Shown: piece after piece, positions 30,943 through 39,470 of the stretch | Position numbering within the stretch: the first letter of the stretch is position 1 | How the letters are laid out: each line of letters opens with the position of its first letter | Assembly (NCBI GenBank): GCA_041654415.1 | Contig: JBAZDL010000003.1 | Coordinates: forward strand, 151,601-215,600 | Length of the DNA: 64,000 nucleotides | Direction: 5' to 3' | Source: Sulfurovaceae bacterium | Lineage (GTDB): Bacteria > Campylobacterota > Campylobacteria > Campylobacterales > Sulfurovaceae | Program-made: the position numbers and the translations under genes | The notes under the pieces: generated by a model | What the model saw: only the letters and a program-made list of their open reading frames with translations | Told to the model about the DNA's origin: nothing | Databases searched by the model: none

Positions 30943-32436
30943 ATGCTACTATTATCCACCAAAGAAGAGTGGTTTGGCAATATCAGAGGCGATGTCCTAG
31001 CCGGTATCGTAGTCGCACTCGCCCTCATACCTGAAGCGATCGCTTTTTCTATTATTGCAGGCGTTGATCCCAAAGTCGGGCTGTACGCCTCTTTTTGTAT
31101 CGCAACAGTTATCGCATTTGTAGGCGGACGTGCCGGTATGATCTCAGCAGCCACAGGTGCTATGGCTCTACTGATGGTGACATTGGTCAAAGAACACGGA
31201 TTGCAGTATTTGCTTGCCGCGACAATTTTGACGGGTGTCTTACAGATTATTGCAGGTTACTTGAAACTTGGCGTATTGATGAGCTTCGTCTCGCGTACGG
31301 TAGTTATCGGATTTGTTAATGCATTGGCGATATTGATCTTCATGGCGCAGCTTCCTGAGCTGACAAATGTGACATGGCATGTCTATGCACTTACTGCTGC
31401 AGGGCTTGGGATTATTTATCTTTTCCCACACCTTCCTGTAATCGGCAAGGTGATCCCCTCGCCGCTAGTGACCATCATTGTCCTCACATTGGTTACTGTT
31501 GCAATGGGTATCGATGTGCGTACCGTAGGCGATATGGGAGCTATGCCAGACACTCTACCGATATTTTTGTGGCCAGAAGTTCCGCTCAATTTTGAGACAC
31601 TTTCTATCATTTTCCCGTATTCAGCCGCGCTTGCTGCTGTGGGGTTGCTTGAGTCATTTATGACAGCTACCATCGTAGATGATATGACCGATACAGACAG
31701 CAACAAAAACCGTGAAGCCAAAGGACAAGGCATAGCCAACATAGCTAGCGGCTGCATCGGCGGAATGGCAGGATGTGCCATGATAGGACAATCTGTTATC
31801 AATGTCAAATCAGGTGGACGTGGGCGTCTCTCTACGCTTACTGCTGGGGTATTGCTTCTAATAATGGTAGTGTTTATGAGTGATATTATCAAGCTTATCC
31901 CGATGGCTGCACTAGTGGCTGTTATGATCATGGTATCTATAGGGACATTTAGCTGGCCTTCGGTTAAAGGACTTAAAACTCTTCCTTTATCCACAAATCT
32001 GGTTATGATCACGACTACTGCTGTTGTCGTTGCGACTCACAACCTAGCCCTTGGAGTACTTAGCGGAGTATTATTGGTATCGCTTTTCTTTGCAAACAAG
32101 ATCAGCCATTTCATGTACTGTGAAAAGTCATTTGAAGAGGCTAGCGATACTCGTATTTATAAATTTGTCGGGCAGATCTTCTTTAACTCTGCCGATCGTT
32201 TTGCAGATGCATTTGACTACCGCGAAGATGTAAAAAATGTCATTATTGATATGTCACACGCTCACTTTTGGGATATTACTGCTGTTTATGCACTAGACAA
32301 AGCAGTCATCAAGCTTCGCAACATGGGCAAAAATGTAGAGGTAGTCGGACAAAATCAAGCGACTAGAACTATCATCGACCGTTTTGGTATCCACGATAAA
32401 CCAACCGAGATAGAAAAAGTAATGGGAGGGCACTAA
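30943..32436 (+). CDS. SulP-family anion transporter with STAS domain
   Basis: 497 aa. The transmembrane core is followed by a STAS tail ([15 protein letters not shown]). Confidence 0.9.
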   Translation: MLLLSTKEEWFGNIRGDVLAGIVVALALIPEAIAFSIIAGVDPKVGLYASFCIATVIAFVGGRAGMISAATGAMALLMVTLVKEHGLQYLLAATILTGVLQIIAGYLKLGVLMSFVSRTVVIGFVNALAILIFMAQLPELTNVTWHVYALTAAGLGIIYLFPHLPVIGKVIPSPLVTIIVLTLVTVAMGIDVRTVGDMGAMPDTLPIFLWPEVPLNFETLSIIFPYSAALAAVGLLESFMTATIVDDMTDTDSNKNREAKGQGIANIASGCIGGMAGCAMIGQSVINVKSGGRGRLSTLTAGVLLLIMVVFMSDIIKLIPMAALVAVMIMVSIGTFSWPSVKGLKTLPLSTNLVMITTTAVVVATHNLALGVLSGVLLVSLFFANKISHFMYCEKSFEEASDTRIYKFVGQIFFNSADRFADAFDYREDVKNVIIDMSHAHFWDITAVYALDKAVIKLRNMGKNVEVVGQNQATRTIIDRFGIHDKPTEIEKVMGGH

Positions 32437-33635
32437 GCCTTCTTGTTATTTTTTACAAACATACCTCTAAAGCCAAAAAGCATAACTGCCAGCACCAAGG
32501 CCGCACATCCTACTCCTATAAATAAAATATCACTTCCATAATTATCCCATATCACACCTGCTGCTGTTAGAGAAATAAGAGTGGCTAGGCCTACAAATAA
32601 ATAATATACCCCATATGCAGTAGCCTTTAGTTTGGCAGGTGCTACATCAGAAATAATAGCTTTTGCCAATGCATTAAATCCGCCTGCAAAAAATCCATAT
32701 ATCCCAAATCCTATCCATGAGCCTAGCGGCGTATCTGATGCCATCATCAAAGCCCCTGCTCCAAAAGCTGCATAAACGACAGCCAACAGTGCCGCTTTGC
32801 CATGTTTGTCTGCCATTTTACCAATGGGAATTGCAAATATGGATTGTGTTATATTGTAGAATGCATATGCAAGCGGTATCATAAGTATAGATATGCCGTC
32901 GCTGCTTGCTTTTAATATCATAAATGAATAATTCATGGCTACTAAGCTAAACAATGCCTGGAACACTACTAGCATATAAAACTCTTTTGGCAACGCTGAT
33001 GGCGTGAAACTATTTATTGGAGACGGTTCGAACGAGACATCGCTCACAAAATAGATGAGGATAATCAGAGCTATCATCCCAGGCACAAAACTAAGAGCAA
33101 ATATGAGTCGGAAAGATGCTTCACTCTCACCAAAATACCACAAAAGCAAAAATGCAGCCAAAGAGCCAGCAACTGCGCCTGCACTATCCATCATCTTGTG
33201 AAATCCAAATATAAAACCGCTTGATTTTTTGTGTGTAAATGCAGATATCAAAGCATCTCTAGGTGCAGCGCGTATCCCCTTGCCTATCCTATCTCCTAAG
33301 CGCACTACTCCTATCATCAATGAACTTGCGGCAAAAAATGCCAACGGCTTGATGAGATTTGACAATCCATATCCGATAACAGTTATCTTTTTTCTGCTTC
33401 CAAGGCGATCTGAGATAAATCCTGAAAATGCAATCAGAAGTGCTACGCCAAACTCTGCAATGCCTTCTATGAGACCAATCTCACCTTTGGTGGCATGTAA
33501 ATATCTATCTAAAAATATAGGCAAAAGCGGCAATATCATCTCTGTAGCAAAATCAGTAAAAAAGCTATTTGCTCCAAGGGCGACTATGTTTTTATTAATA
33601 GGATTATTTTGGGATGTTTTATTCTCTTGTGGCAC
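32433..33635 (-). CDS. MFS transporter
   Basis: 400 aa, 12 TM-like segments, DRLGSRKK loop motif. Confidence 0.8.
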   Translation of the reverse strand: MPQENKTSQNNPINKNIVALGANSFFTDFATEMILPLLPIFLDRYLHATKGEIGLIEGIAEFGVALLIAFSGFISDRLGSRKKITVIGYGLSNLIKPLAFFAASSLMIGVVRLGDRIGKGIRAAPRDALISAFTHKKSSGFIFGFHKMMDSAGAVAGSLAAFLLLWYFGESEASFRLIFALSFVPGMIALIILIYFVSDVSFEPSPINSFTPSALPKEFYMLVVFQALFSLVAMNYSFMILKASSDGISILMIPLAYAFYNITQSIFAIPIGKMADKHGKAALLAVVYAAFGAGALMMASDTPLGSWIGFGIYGFFAGGFNALAKAIISDVAPAKLKATAYGVYYLFVGLATLISLTAAGVIWDNYGSDILFIGVGCAALVLAVMLFGFRGMFVKNNKKA

Positions 33636-33785
33636 TGCACTCTCCTAATCTAGTAATATATTATATCACCAAATAAATAGTAAAAAAACAAAATAAATAA
33701 TAATTATGTAAATATATAAATATTTTATGATTACTTAAGTGTAATTGGAGTAGATTTAGATTATAAAATATTTAAGGAGACAAAA

Positions 33786-34031
33786 ATGGGTATCTTAGCA
33801 ACATTAATAGTAGGTTTGATCGCAGGGTGGCTTGCGGGTCTTATGATGAGAGGCCGCGGATTTGGAATTATTGGCGACATAGTAGTTGGTATTCTTGGCG
33901 CTTTTCTAGGCGGCTATATCTTGCCTGCTATTGGATTTACCCCTGGCGGCGGGATGATCTCGGCCATCATCACAGCTACTATCGGTGCTGTGATCTTGCT
34001 TTTTCTTATAAGTTTGTTCAAGAGAGGCTGA
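33786..34031 (+). CDS. GlsB/YeaQ/YmgE-family stress membrane protein
   Basis: 81 aa. GLIAGWLAG...GIIGDIVVGILGAFLGG signature. Confidence 0.85.
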   Translation: MGILATLIVGLIAGWLAGLMMRGRGFGIIGDIVVGILGAFLGGYILPAIGFTPGGGMISAIITATIGAVILLFLISLFKRG

Positions 34032-34086
34032 TGCGGCCAAATACAATCTAGCTTAAAACTATTTACATATCACAAGAAGGCATAAT

Positions 34087-34551
34087 ATGAAAATTATAAC
34101 ATCTATTATTCTATATTTTTTGATTGGCTTAACAACTCTGCACGCCAACAACCATCATAAAGTGGTTTTTGATCTGACAAGTGGCCAAGATATTATTGTT
34201 GAAAAAGCATTATTTAACATTATCAAAAACATCAAGTCATATTATAAACAAAAAGATATCGATGTAGCCGTAGTCATATCGGGAGATTCGTATAAATATT
34301 TCGTCAAAGATATCAAAAACTCCCCATATAGCGATGATAGTGATATCATAGCACTCCAGCCCAAGCTAGAGCCGAAATTGCAAGAATTGCATGACAAATT
34401 CAAGGTTAAATTCTATATGTGCTCATTCGGCATGACAAGCAGAGATATACCAGAAGAGTCGCTTTATAATTTTGTGAAAGCAGAAAAAACCAAGAGCATT
34501 TACCTCATCGAACTGCAAAATGACGGCTATGCATATATTCCTATCCATTAG
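34087..34551 (+). CDS. secreted DsrE-related (COG1416-like) protein
   Basis: Signal peptide, HKVVFDL... start and a C-terminal LQNDGYAYIP ending typical of the family. Confidence 0.6.
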   Translation: MKIITSIILYFLIGLTTLHANNHHKVVFDLTSGQDIIVEKALFNIIKNIKSYYKQKDIDVAVVISGDSYKYFVKDIKNSPYSDDSDIIALQPKLEPKLQELHDKFKVKFYMCSFGMTSRDIPEESLYNFVKAEKTKSIYLIELQNDGYAYIPIH

Positions 34552-34591
34552 ATTTGTTACTAATATGTAATACTTTTTTGATAAATTTTCA

Positions 34592-34700
34592 TTGTTCCAA
34601 TAATCCCCTATAGGAACAATACTCCTTCTTCTGTTCTCATTCAGTCCCCTATGAGAATATATATATTTCCCCTGTTCCCATTTATCCTTTTGTGGGAACA
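34592..34700. repeat. three tandem hairpin units (period ~40 bp) at the core/accessory junction
   Basis: TTGTTCC-14nt-GGAACAA (34592-34619), TTCTCAT-10nt-ATGAGAA (34634-34657), TGTTCCCA-12nt-TGGGAACA (34673-34700). The first two loops contain TCCCCT; the third has ATCC. Confidence 0.6.
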
Positions 34701-34947
34701 CATACGAATCAAACTATATTTATTATATTTTACTTAAGTTATTTCAATGATATAAAATATTTACCAATATATAAGTTTAACTCGTTATAATTCTAATCTA
34801 TTTTGTCGCTTTCTTATCTATGATTCAATCAAATTTATTTATATTTACCGCGAACTAAATCAATATGATAGCTCGTTTGTCATGCGACCAAAAGATCGGT
34901 CTTTAATATCCATCTTTTGCTATAAATTACAATACAAGGAGAAAAAT

Positions 34948-35103
34948 ATGTCAATACATGATATTTCAATAAAAACAAGACTTAAAGTTTTGATCAGGCT
35001 TTTACGCAACAATGAACTATTTGATATCGCATGTTCTAAATCAGGATTAGCGATCAATGATGCTAAAAGACTTTTAGATCAACACTATGTGATAAGCAGA
35101 TAA
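34948..35103 (+). CDS. small (51 aa) hypothetical protein, paralogue 1
   Basis: AAGGAG SD 8 nt upstream of the ATG. Sequence MSIHDISIKTRLKVLIRLLRNNELFDIACSKSGLAINDAKRLLDQHYVISR has a helix-turn-helix-like middle. The track ORF starts further upstream at 34882. Confidence 0.5.
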   Translation: MSIHDISIKTRLKVLIRLLRNNELFDIACSKSGLAINDAKRLLDQHYVISR

Positions 35104-35140
35104 TGTTTATTACGCTCAATTATTAATACTCCCCCCACAC

Positions 35141-35210
35141 ATTATTTTCATTTCACCGTCATACCGTACTTGATACGGTATCCATAACGTCAAAATAAGT
35201 AACCTGTCTC
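35141..35210. repeat. REP-like element type 2 (hairpin ATACCGTA-CTTG-ATACGGTAT)
   Basis: Near-identical copy at 37446-37515. Confidence 0.55.
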
Positions 35211-35298
35211 AAGCATCCCTTATTTCTCATTTTATGTAATCGTTTTGCAATAGATTTCTAGTATATTTACGATCAATAAAAATACAAGGAGACAATAT

Positions 35299-35463
35299 AT
35301 GTCAATACAATCGATAAAAAATATACCGACAAGGACAAGACTAAAAGTTTTGATCAGGCTTTTACACAACAATGAACTATTTGATATCGCATGTTCCAAA
35401 TCAGGATTAGCGATCAATGATGCTAAAAGACTTTTAGATCAACACTATGTGATAAGCAAATAA
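35299..35463 (+). CDS. small (54 aa) hypothetical protein, paralogue 2 (not in ORF track, under 60 aa)
   Basis: My own translation is MSIQSIKNIPTRTRLKVLIRLLHNNELFDIACSKSGLAINDAKRLLDQHYVISK. It has the same AAGGAG SD and is near-identical to paralogue 1 from residue ~12 onward. Confidence 0.5.
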   Translation: MSIQSIKNIPTRTRLKVLIRLLHNNELFDIACSKSGLAINDAKRLLDQHYVISK

Positions 35464-35654
35464 TGCTTTTCATGCTCAATAATTAATACCTCCCCCCTCT
35501 TCCATATTATCCTCATATAATATGATAAATTTGCAAAGATACTAAAGTCCAACAATAGATGAATGATAAGATTTATGGTATCATAATATTTTGATATGCA
35601 TTACCACATATAACGTGGCAACTAAATAAAAAATAAGAATTAAAGGAAATCAAG

Positions 35655-36260
35655 ATGGAAAAATATGACATTATTATTATCGGTGGCGGTGTTTCCGGAT
35701 TATCGTGTGCAATAACTTTAGGTTCGGCAGGCTCAAAACTAGATGTTGCGTCGGATAAAAAGATCTTAGTGATTGATGCTGGAGAATCTCATTTGAATAA
35801 AGCACAACTTTATAATGTTGCAGGTATTACTGAAGGTACCAAAGGCCCTGAACTGTTGGATTTCATGGTAAAACAAGCAAAATCTTATAAAAATGTAACA
35901 TTACTCTCAGGGACTGTTGTATCAGTTACCGGAACAAAAGATGATTTTACAATTACAACCAAATCAGATGATACATTTTATGCTGATATAGTCGTTTTTG
36001 CAAATGGAATGCAAACAATTGATGTCAAGGGTATCGATGATCTAGTGGTTGATCATATGAGAGCACCGCGTCCAGGGATGGTGATGATCAAAAATGACAA
36101 TGGGAAGATCAGTGATGGAAAATATGTTACCGGATGTGCTGCCGGTGTATCATCAATGTTTTCAACTGCAGCTGGATACGGAGCACAAACGGCTACAGAT
36201 ATTATAAGTACATGGGCTGGAAAATACACTGTAGTCCATGATGTACTTAAAAAAGATTAA
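35655..36260 (+). CDS. short FAD/NAD(P)-binding oxidoreductase (thioredoxin-reductase-like fold)
   Basis: YDIIIIGGGVSGLSCA dinucleotide-binding motif. Only 201 aa. Confidence 0.65.
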   Translation: MEKYDIIIIGGGVSGLSCAITLGSAGSKLDVASDKKILVIDAGESHLNKAQLYNVAGITEGTKGPELLDFMVKQAKSYKNVTLLSGTVVSVTGTKDDFTITTKSDDTFYADIVVFANGMQTIDVKGIDDLVVDHMRAPRPGMVMIKNDNGKISDGKYVTGCAAGVSSMFSTAAGYGAQTATDIISTWAGKYTVVHDVLKKD

Positions 36261-36359
36261 TTTACAACTCACCTTTCTCTCTATTTTGGTGCGTGGTTAC
36301 GCACCATACACGAAATAACCTGACACTCTGTACTAAGATGAGAAAAAGGAGAAACAGGA

Positions 36360-36707
36360 ATGAATATTAAGATACATCGCATTTATGATGATGACGTGCC
36401 GCAGGGATATCGCGTTCTTGTAGATAGGCTGTGGCCGCGCGGCGTGTCAAAGAAGGAAGCTGATCTGGATGCGCACTGGAAAGATTTAGCTCCGAGTAAT
36501 GATCTGCGAAAATGGTTTGATCATGATCCCGATAAATGGGAAGATTTCAGAAAAAAATATCTGAGCGAGCTGAGCACGCATGAAAAAGAAGCAAAAGAAC
36601 ATCTCGAAGAAGCGGGTCAGAAAACTCTCATACTTCTCTATGGTGCAAAAGATAAACAACACAGCCACGCTCACGTCTTGAAAGAATACTTTGAGACGCT
36701 AAACTAA
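36360..36707 (+). CDS. DUF488-family protein
   Basis: RVLVDRLWPRGVSKKEADLDAHWKDLAPSNDLRKWF is the classic DUF488 signature. Confidence 0.8.
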   Translation: MNIKIHRIYDDDVPQGYRVLVDRLWPRGVSKKEADLDAHWKDLAPSNDLRKWFDHDPDKWEDFRKKYLSELSTHEKEAKEHLEEAGQKTLILLYGAKDKQHSHAHVLKEYFETLN

Positions 36708-36712
36708 AAACT

Positions 36713-36765
36713 CGTCATCCCAGCACAAGGCGGGGATCCATTTACCTTGGCAAAAGCAGCCTATC
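36713..36765. repeat. REP-like element type 1 (GTCATCCCAGCACAAGGCGGGGATCC...)
   Basis: Second copy at 37389-37443. Contains the hairpin ATCCC...GGGAT. Confidence 0.6.
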
Positions 36766-36846
36766 AGTGTTTTTTTGAATTACAGCATAGGTGCCAAGTG
36801 ATGTTAATGCTATTCTTTCCTCGCCCCAAGGCTATAAAGAAAAATA

Positions 36847-37242
36847 TCACAACTCGAAAGAGAAGTTTGCAAATACCCCTTCGACACTTTGTGCGGTTTT
36901 ATAGCTGGTACGAAGCACTCTTACGTGTTTGGTCTTCATATCACATACGGCTATGCGGAAGCTTATACCCATTTGCGGCTCAACGATACAGATGATCTTT
37001 CCTTCATACTCTCGTGTGGCATGGATGATGCCCTGCAGCTTGGGAAAAAAGTATTTAGGATAGCTCAGCGGTGTGATCTCTACGATCTTGGTAGTATCGC
37101 GTTGTTTAAGGGTATCTAGTATAAGCTGTGCATCCTCAAAACTCTCAAACTGTACACACCAATTATCAAAAACCTTATTGAAACTCTTTAGATCTTCATC
37201 CAAAAAGCCTCCTGCAAGTGATTGTAAAGCAAAAATTCCCAT
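36847..37242 (-). CDS. hypothetical protein (131 aa)
   Basis: Only substantial ORF between the two REP copies. No domain recognised. Confidence 0.4.
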   Translation of the reverse strand: MGIFALQSLAGGFLDEDLKSFNKVFDNWCVQFESFEDAQLILDTLKQRDTTKIVEITPLSYPKYFFPKLQGIIHATREYEGKIICIVEPQMGISFRIAVCDMKTKHVRVLRTSYKTAQSVEGVFANFSFEL

Positions 37243-37388
37243 TCATTTCATCCTATTATAAAGGCGGAATTTTAACATAATTTGCCAGACTGAAGAAGCA
37301 AAATACACACAAGGATTGAATTAGTGCTTTTTTTGGACATTGGGAGATACTTTAATAGCTTTCCTTATTCCTATTATTTTCATCCACC

Positions 37389-37515
37389 CCGTCATCCCAG
37401 TACAAGGCGGGGATCCATTTATCCTAGTAAAAGTAACCTATCCTCATTATTGTCATTTCATCGTCATACCGTACTTGATACGGTATCCATAATATCGAAA
37501 TAAACAGCCTATCCA
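37389..37515. repeat. composite REP-like element (type 1 followed by type 2)
   Basis: 37389-37443 matches 36713-36765. 37446-37515 matches 35141-35210. Confidence 0.6.
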
Positions 37516-37599
37516 CTCGTTTTTATAATAAAAAGAAGGATTTTTATTAGGATATAATATACAAATATTTTTGACAGACAAGAAAAAGGATGGTTTGTT

Positions 37600-38004
37600 T
37601 TGAAAAAAAATCCGATAAGCCGTTCAGAAAATATGCGCAGAATAAAATCCAAAGATACTTCCATTGAGATTAAACTTCGAAAAGAACTTTGGAAAAAAGG
37701 ATATCGCTATAGAAAAAATTGCAAAGATGTAATTGGAAAGCCGGATATTTGTTTCAAATGTCAGAAAGTAGCTATTTTTTGTGATAGTGAGTTCTGGCAT
37801 GGAAAGTATTTGCATGAAAAAAAGTATATTCCAAAAACCAATGAGGATTATTGGATATCTAAGATCGAACGAAATATTGAACGGGACAAAGAAGTCAATA
37901 CAATGCTCAAAGAGCAAGGCTGGACAGTATTGCGTTTTTGGCAAAAAGATATCGAAAAAAATTTAGAAGCTTGTATTTCAGCTATAGAATATTCTTTTAT
38001 TTAA
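37600..38004 (+). CDS. vsr: very-short-patch repair endonuclease
   Basis: SRSENMRRIKSKDTSIEIKLRKELWKKGYRYR...KPDICF...AIFCDSEFWHG is canonical Vsr. TTG start with an AAAGGA SD. Confidence 0.9.
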   Translation: MKKNPISRSENMRRIKSKDTSIEIKLRKELWKKGYRYRKNCKDVIGKPDICFKCQKVAIFCDSEFWHGKYLHEKKYIPKTNEDYWISKIERNIERDKEVNTMLKEQGWTVLRFWQKDIEKNLEACISAIEYSFI

Positions 38005-38058
38005 GCTGCGTTGCAGCAGGAAAATTGTAAAATTTTGATAATACAAAATGAGGGAATT

Positions 38059-39162
38059 ATGGCAAAAAAATTTACTGCAGTAGATATCTTTAGTGGTGCT
38101 GGGGGGCTAAGTATCGGCGCTAAGATGGCAGGAATTTCACCTGTTATGGCTGTAGAATTTGATCAGTATGCTGCTGAAACTTATAAAACAAATCACAAAG
38201 AAATTGCACGTAATGTATTGCAAAAAGACATCAGGGAAGTAAATCCGTTAGAGCATACCGAGAAAAATCCTTTTATCCTTTTTGGCGGACCGCCATGTCA
38301 AGGCTTTTCCATTGCAAATACAAAAACCAGAAACCTGGATAACCCAAATAACTGGATGTTTAAAGAATATGTAAAATTTTTGAAAGACTTAGAGCCCGAA
38401 TGGTTTTTATTTGAAAATGTTGCCGGCTTCAAATCATTTGGTGACGGATCTTTTGCTAAAGAAGTAGAAGAAGCATTATCAAATCCGCTAGATGATCCAG
38501 ATACTCTTTCATATCAAACCAGTTCTGCACTCTTGGATGCTTCTGACTTTGGTGTGCCTCAAAAAAGAAAACGTTTCTTTATTGTTGGACACAGAAAACA
38601 AAACGGTGGTATAAAATTTAATTTTGACAAACTTCAAAAAAAACCGGTTGTAAGCGTAGGAAAAGCCATTGCCGATCTTCCTGAACTCTCTAATGGGCAG
38701 ATACTTGAAGAATGCCCTTATAGAGGAAAAGCTTTAAGCGATTATGCTAAACTCATGAGAGGTCAACAGCATAAAGCTCTGCAGAATTATGTCACAGCAA
38801 GCAAACCTCATATAGTAGAACGCTATAAAGCGATAGGACAAGGAGAAAACTGGAAAGTTGCACTAGAAAAAGGACTTCTTGACTCATACAGTTCTACCAA
38901 GCATACTCATAGCGGTATCTACAAACGGCTTACTGAAAATGAACCTTCTGTAACTATAGCCAACTATAGAAAAAGTATGCTAATTCATCCATGGGAACAT
39001 CGAGGGCTTTCGCTAAGAGAGGCGGCACGTCTTCAAAGTTTTCCTGATAACTTTGTGTTTAAAGGACCGCACAGCTACCAACAACAACAGGTCGGAAATG
39101 CTGTACCGCCTTTGCTTGCAAAAGCTATATTTCAAAAAATTATAGAGTATACGACCTATTAG
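38059..39162 (+). CDS. dcm: DNA (cytosine-5)-methyltransferase
   Basis: Motif I DIFSGAGGLS, IV GGPPCQGFS, VI FENV, X QVGNAVPP. Start placed at MAKKF after a GAGGGA SD; the track ORF starts at 38011 (TTG). Confidence 0.95.
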   Translation: MAKKFTAVDIFSGAGGLSIGAKMAGISPVMAVEFDQYAAETYKTNHKEIARNVLQKDIREVNPLEHTEKNPFILFGGPPCQGFSIANTKTRNLDNPNNWMFKEYVKFLKDLEPEWFLFENVAGFKSFGDGSFAKEVEEALSNPLDDPDTLSYQTSSALLDASDFGVPQKRKRFFIVGHRKQNGGIKFNFDKLQKKPVVSVGKAIADLPELSNGQILEECPYRGKALSDYAKLMRGQQHKALQNYVTASKPHIVERYKAIGQGENWKVALEKGLLDSYSSTKHTHSGIYKRLTENEPSVTIANYRKSMLIHPWEHRGLSLREAARLQSFPDNFVFKGPHSYQQQQVGNAVPPLLAKAIFQKIIEYTTY

Positions 39163-39470
39163 ATATTTTTAATAGTGCATCATTTCTTGATAGAAAGCAA
39201 CTAATTTTTATTAATCTACTATCTATTAATCCTAATCATTTACTATTTACTAATTACATTTTAATTGATTAATTACATCTTGAAAAAATCTTATAGATTG
39301 ACTTTTCTTTTCTTTGTTTTTGCGTTGACTTGAAACATATATCAATTTGCAAAAATTTTTCCCTATTATGCTAAACAATTACATAGGCATAATCAGCTAG
39401 AGTATATTTTGAATTTTTTTGCTAGATTTTATGGTCCAATTTTTTTACTAATGCCATTTTTGTCTTCTTG

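Noticed and set aside
36747-36995. 82-aa plus-strand ORF starting inside a REP-like repeat
   Set aside because: It begins in repeat type 1 and overlaps the better-supported 131-aa minus-strand ORF. It is probably an artefact of the repeat.
34552-37600. Small ORFs separated by palindromic repeats considered as an integron cassette array with attC sites
   Set aside because: The repeats lack the RYYYAAC...GTTRRRY attC boundaries, gene orientation is mixed, and no intI integrase or attI site is present.
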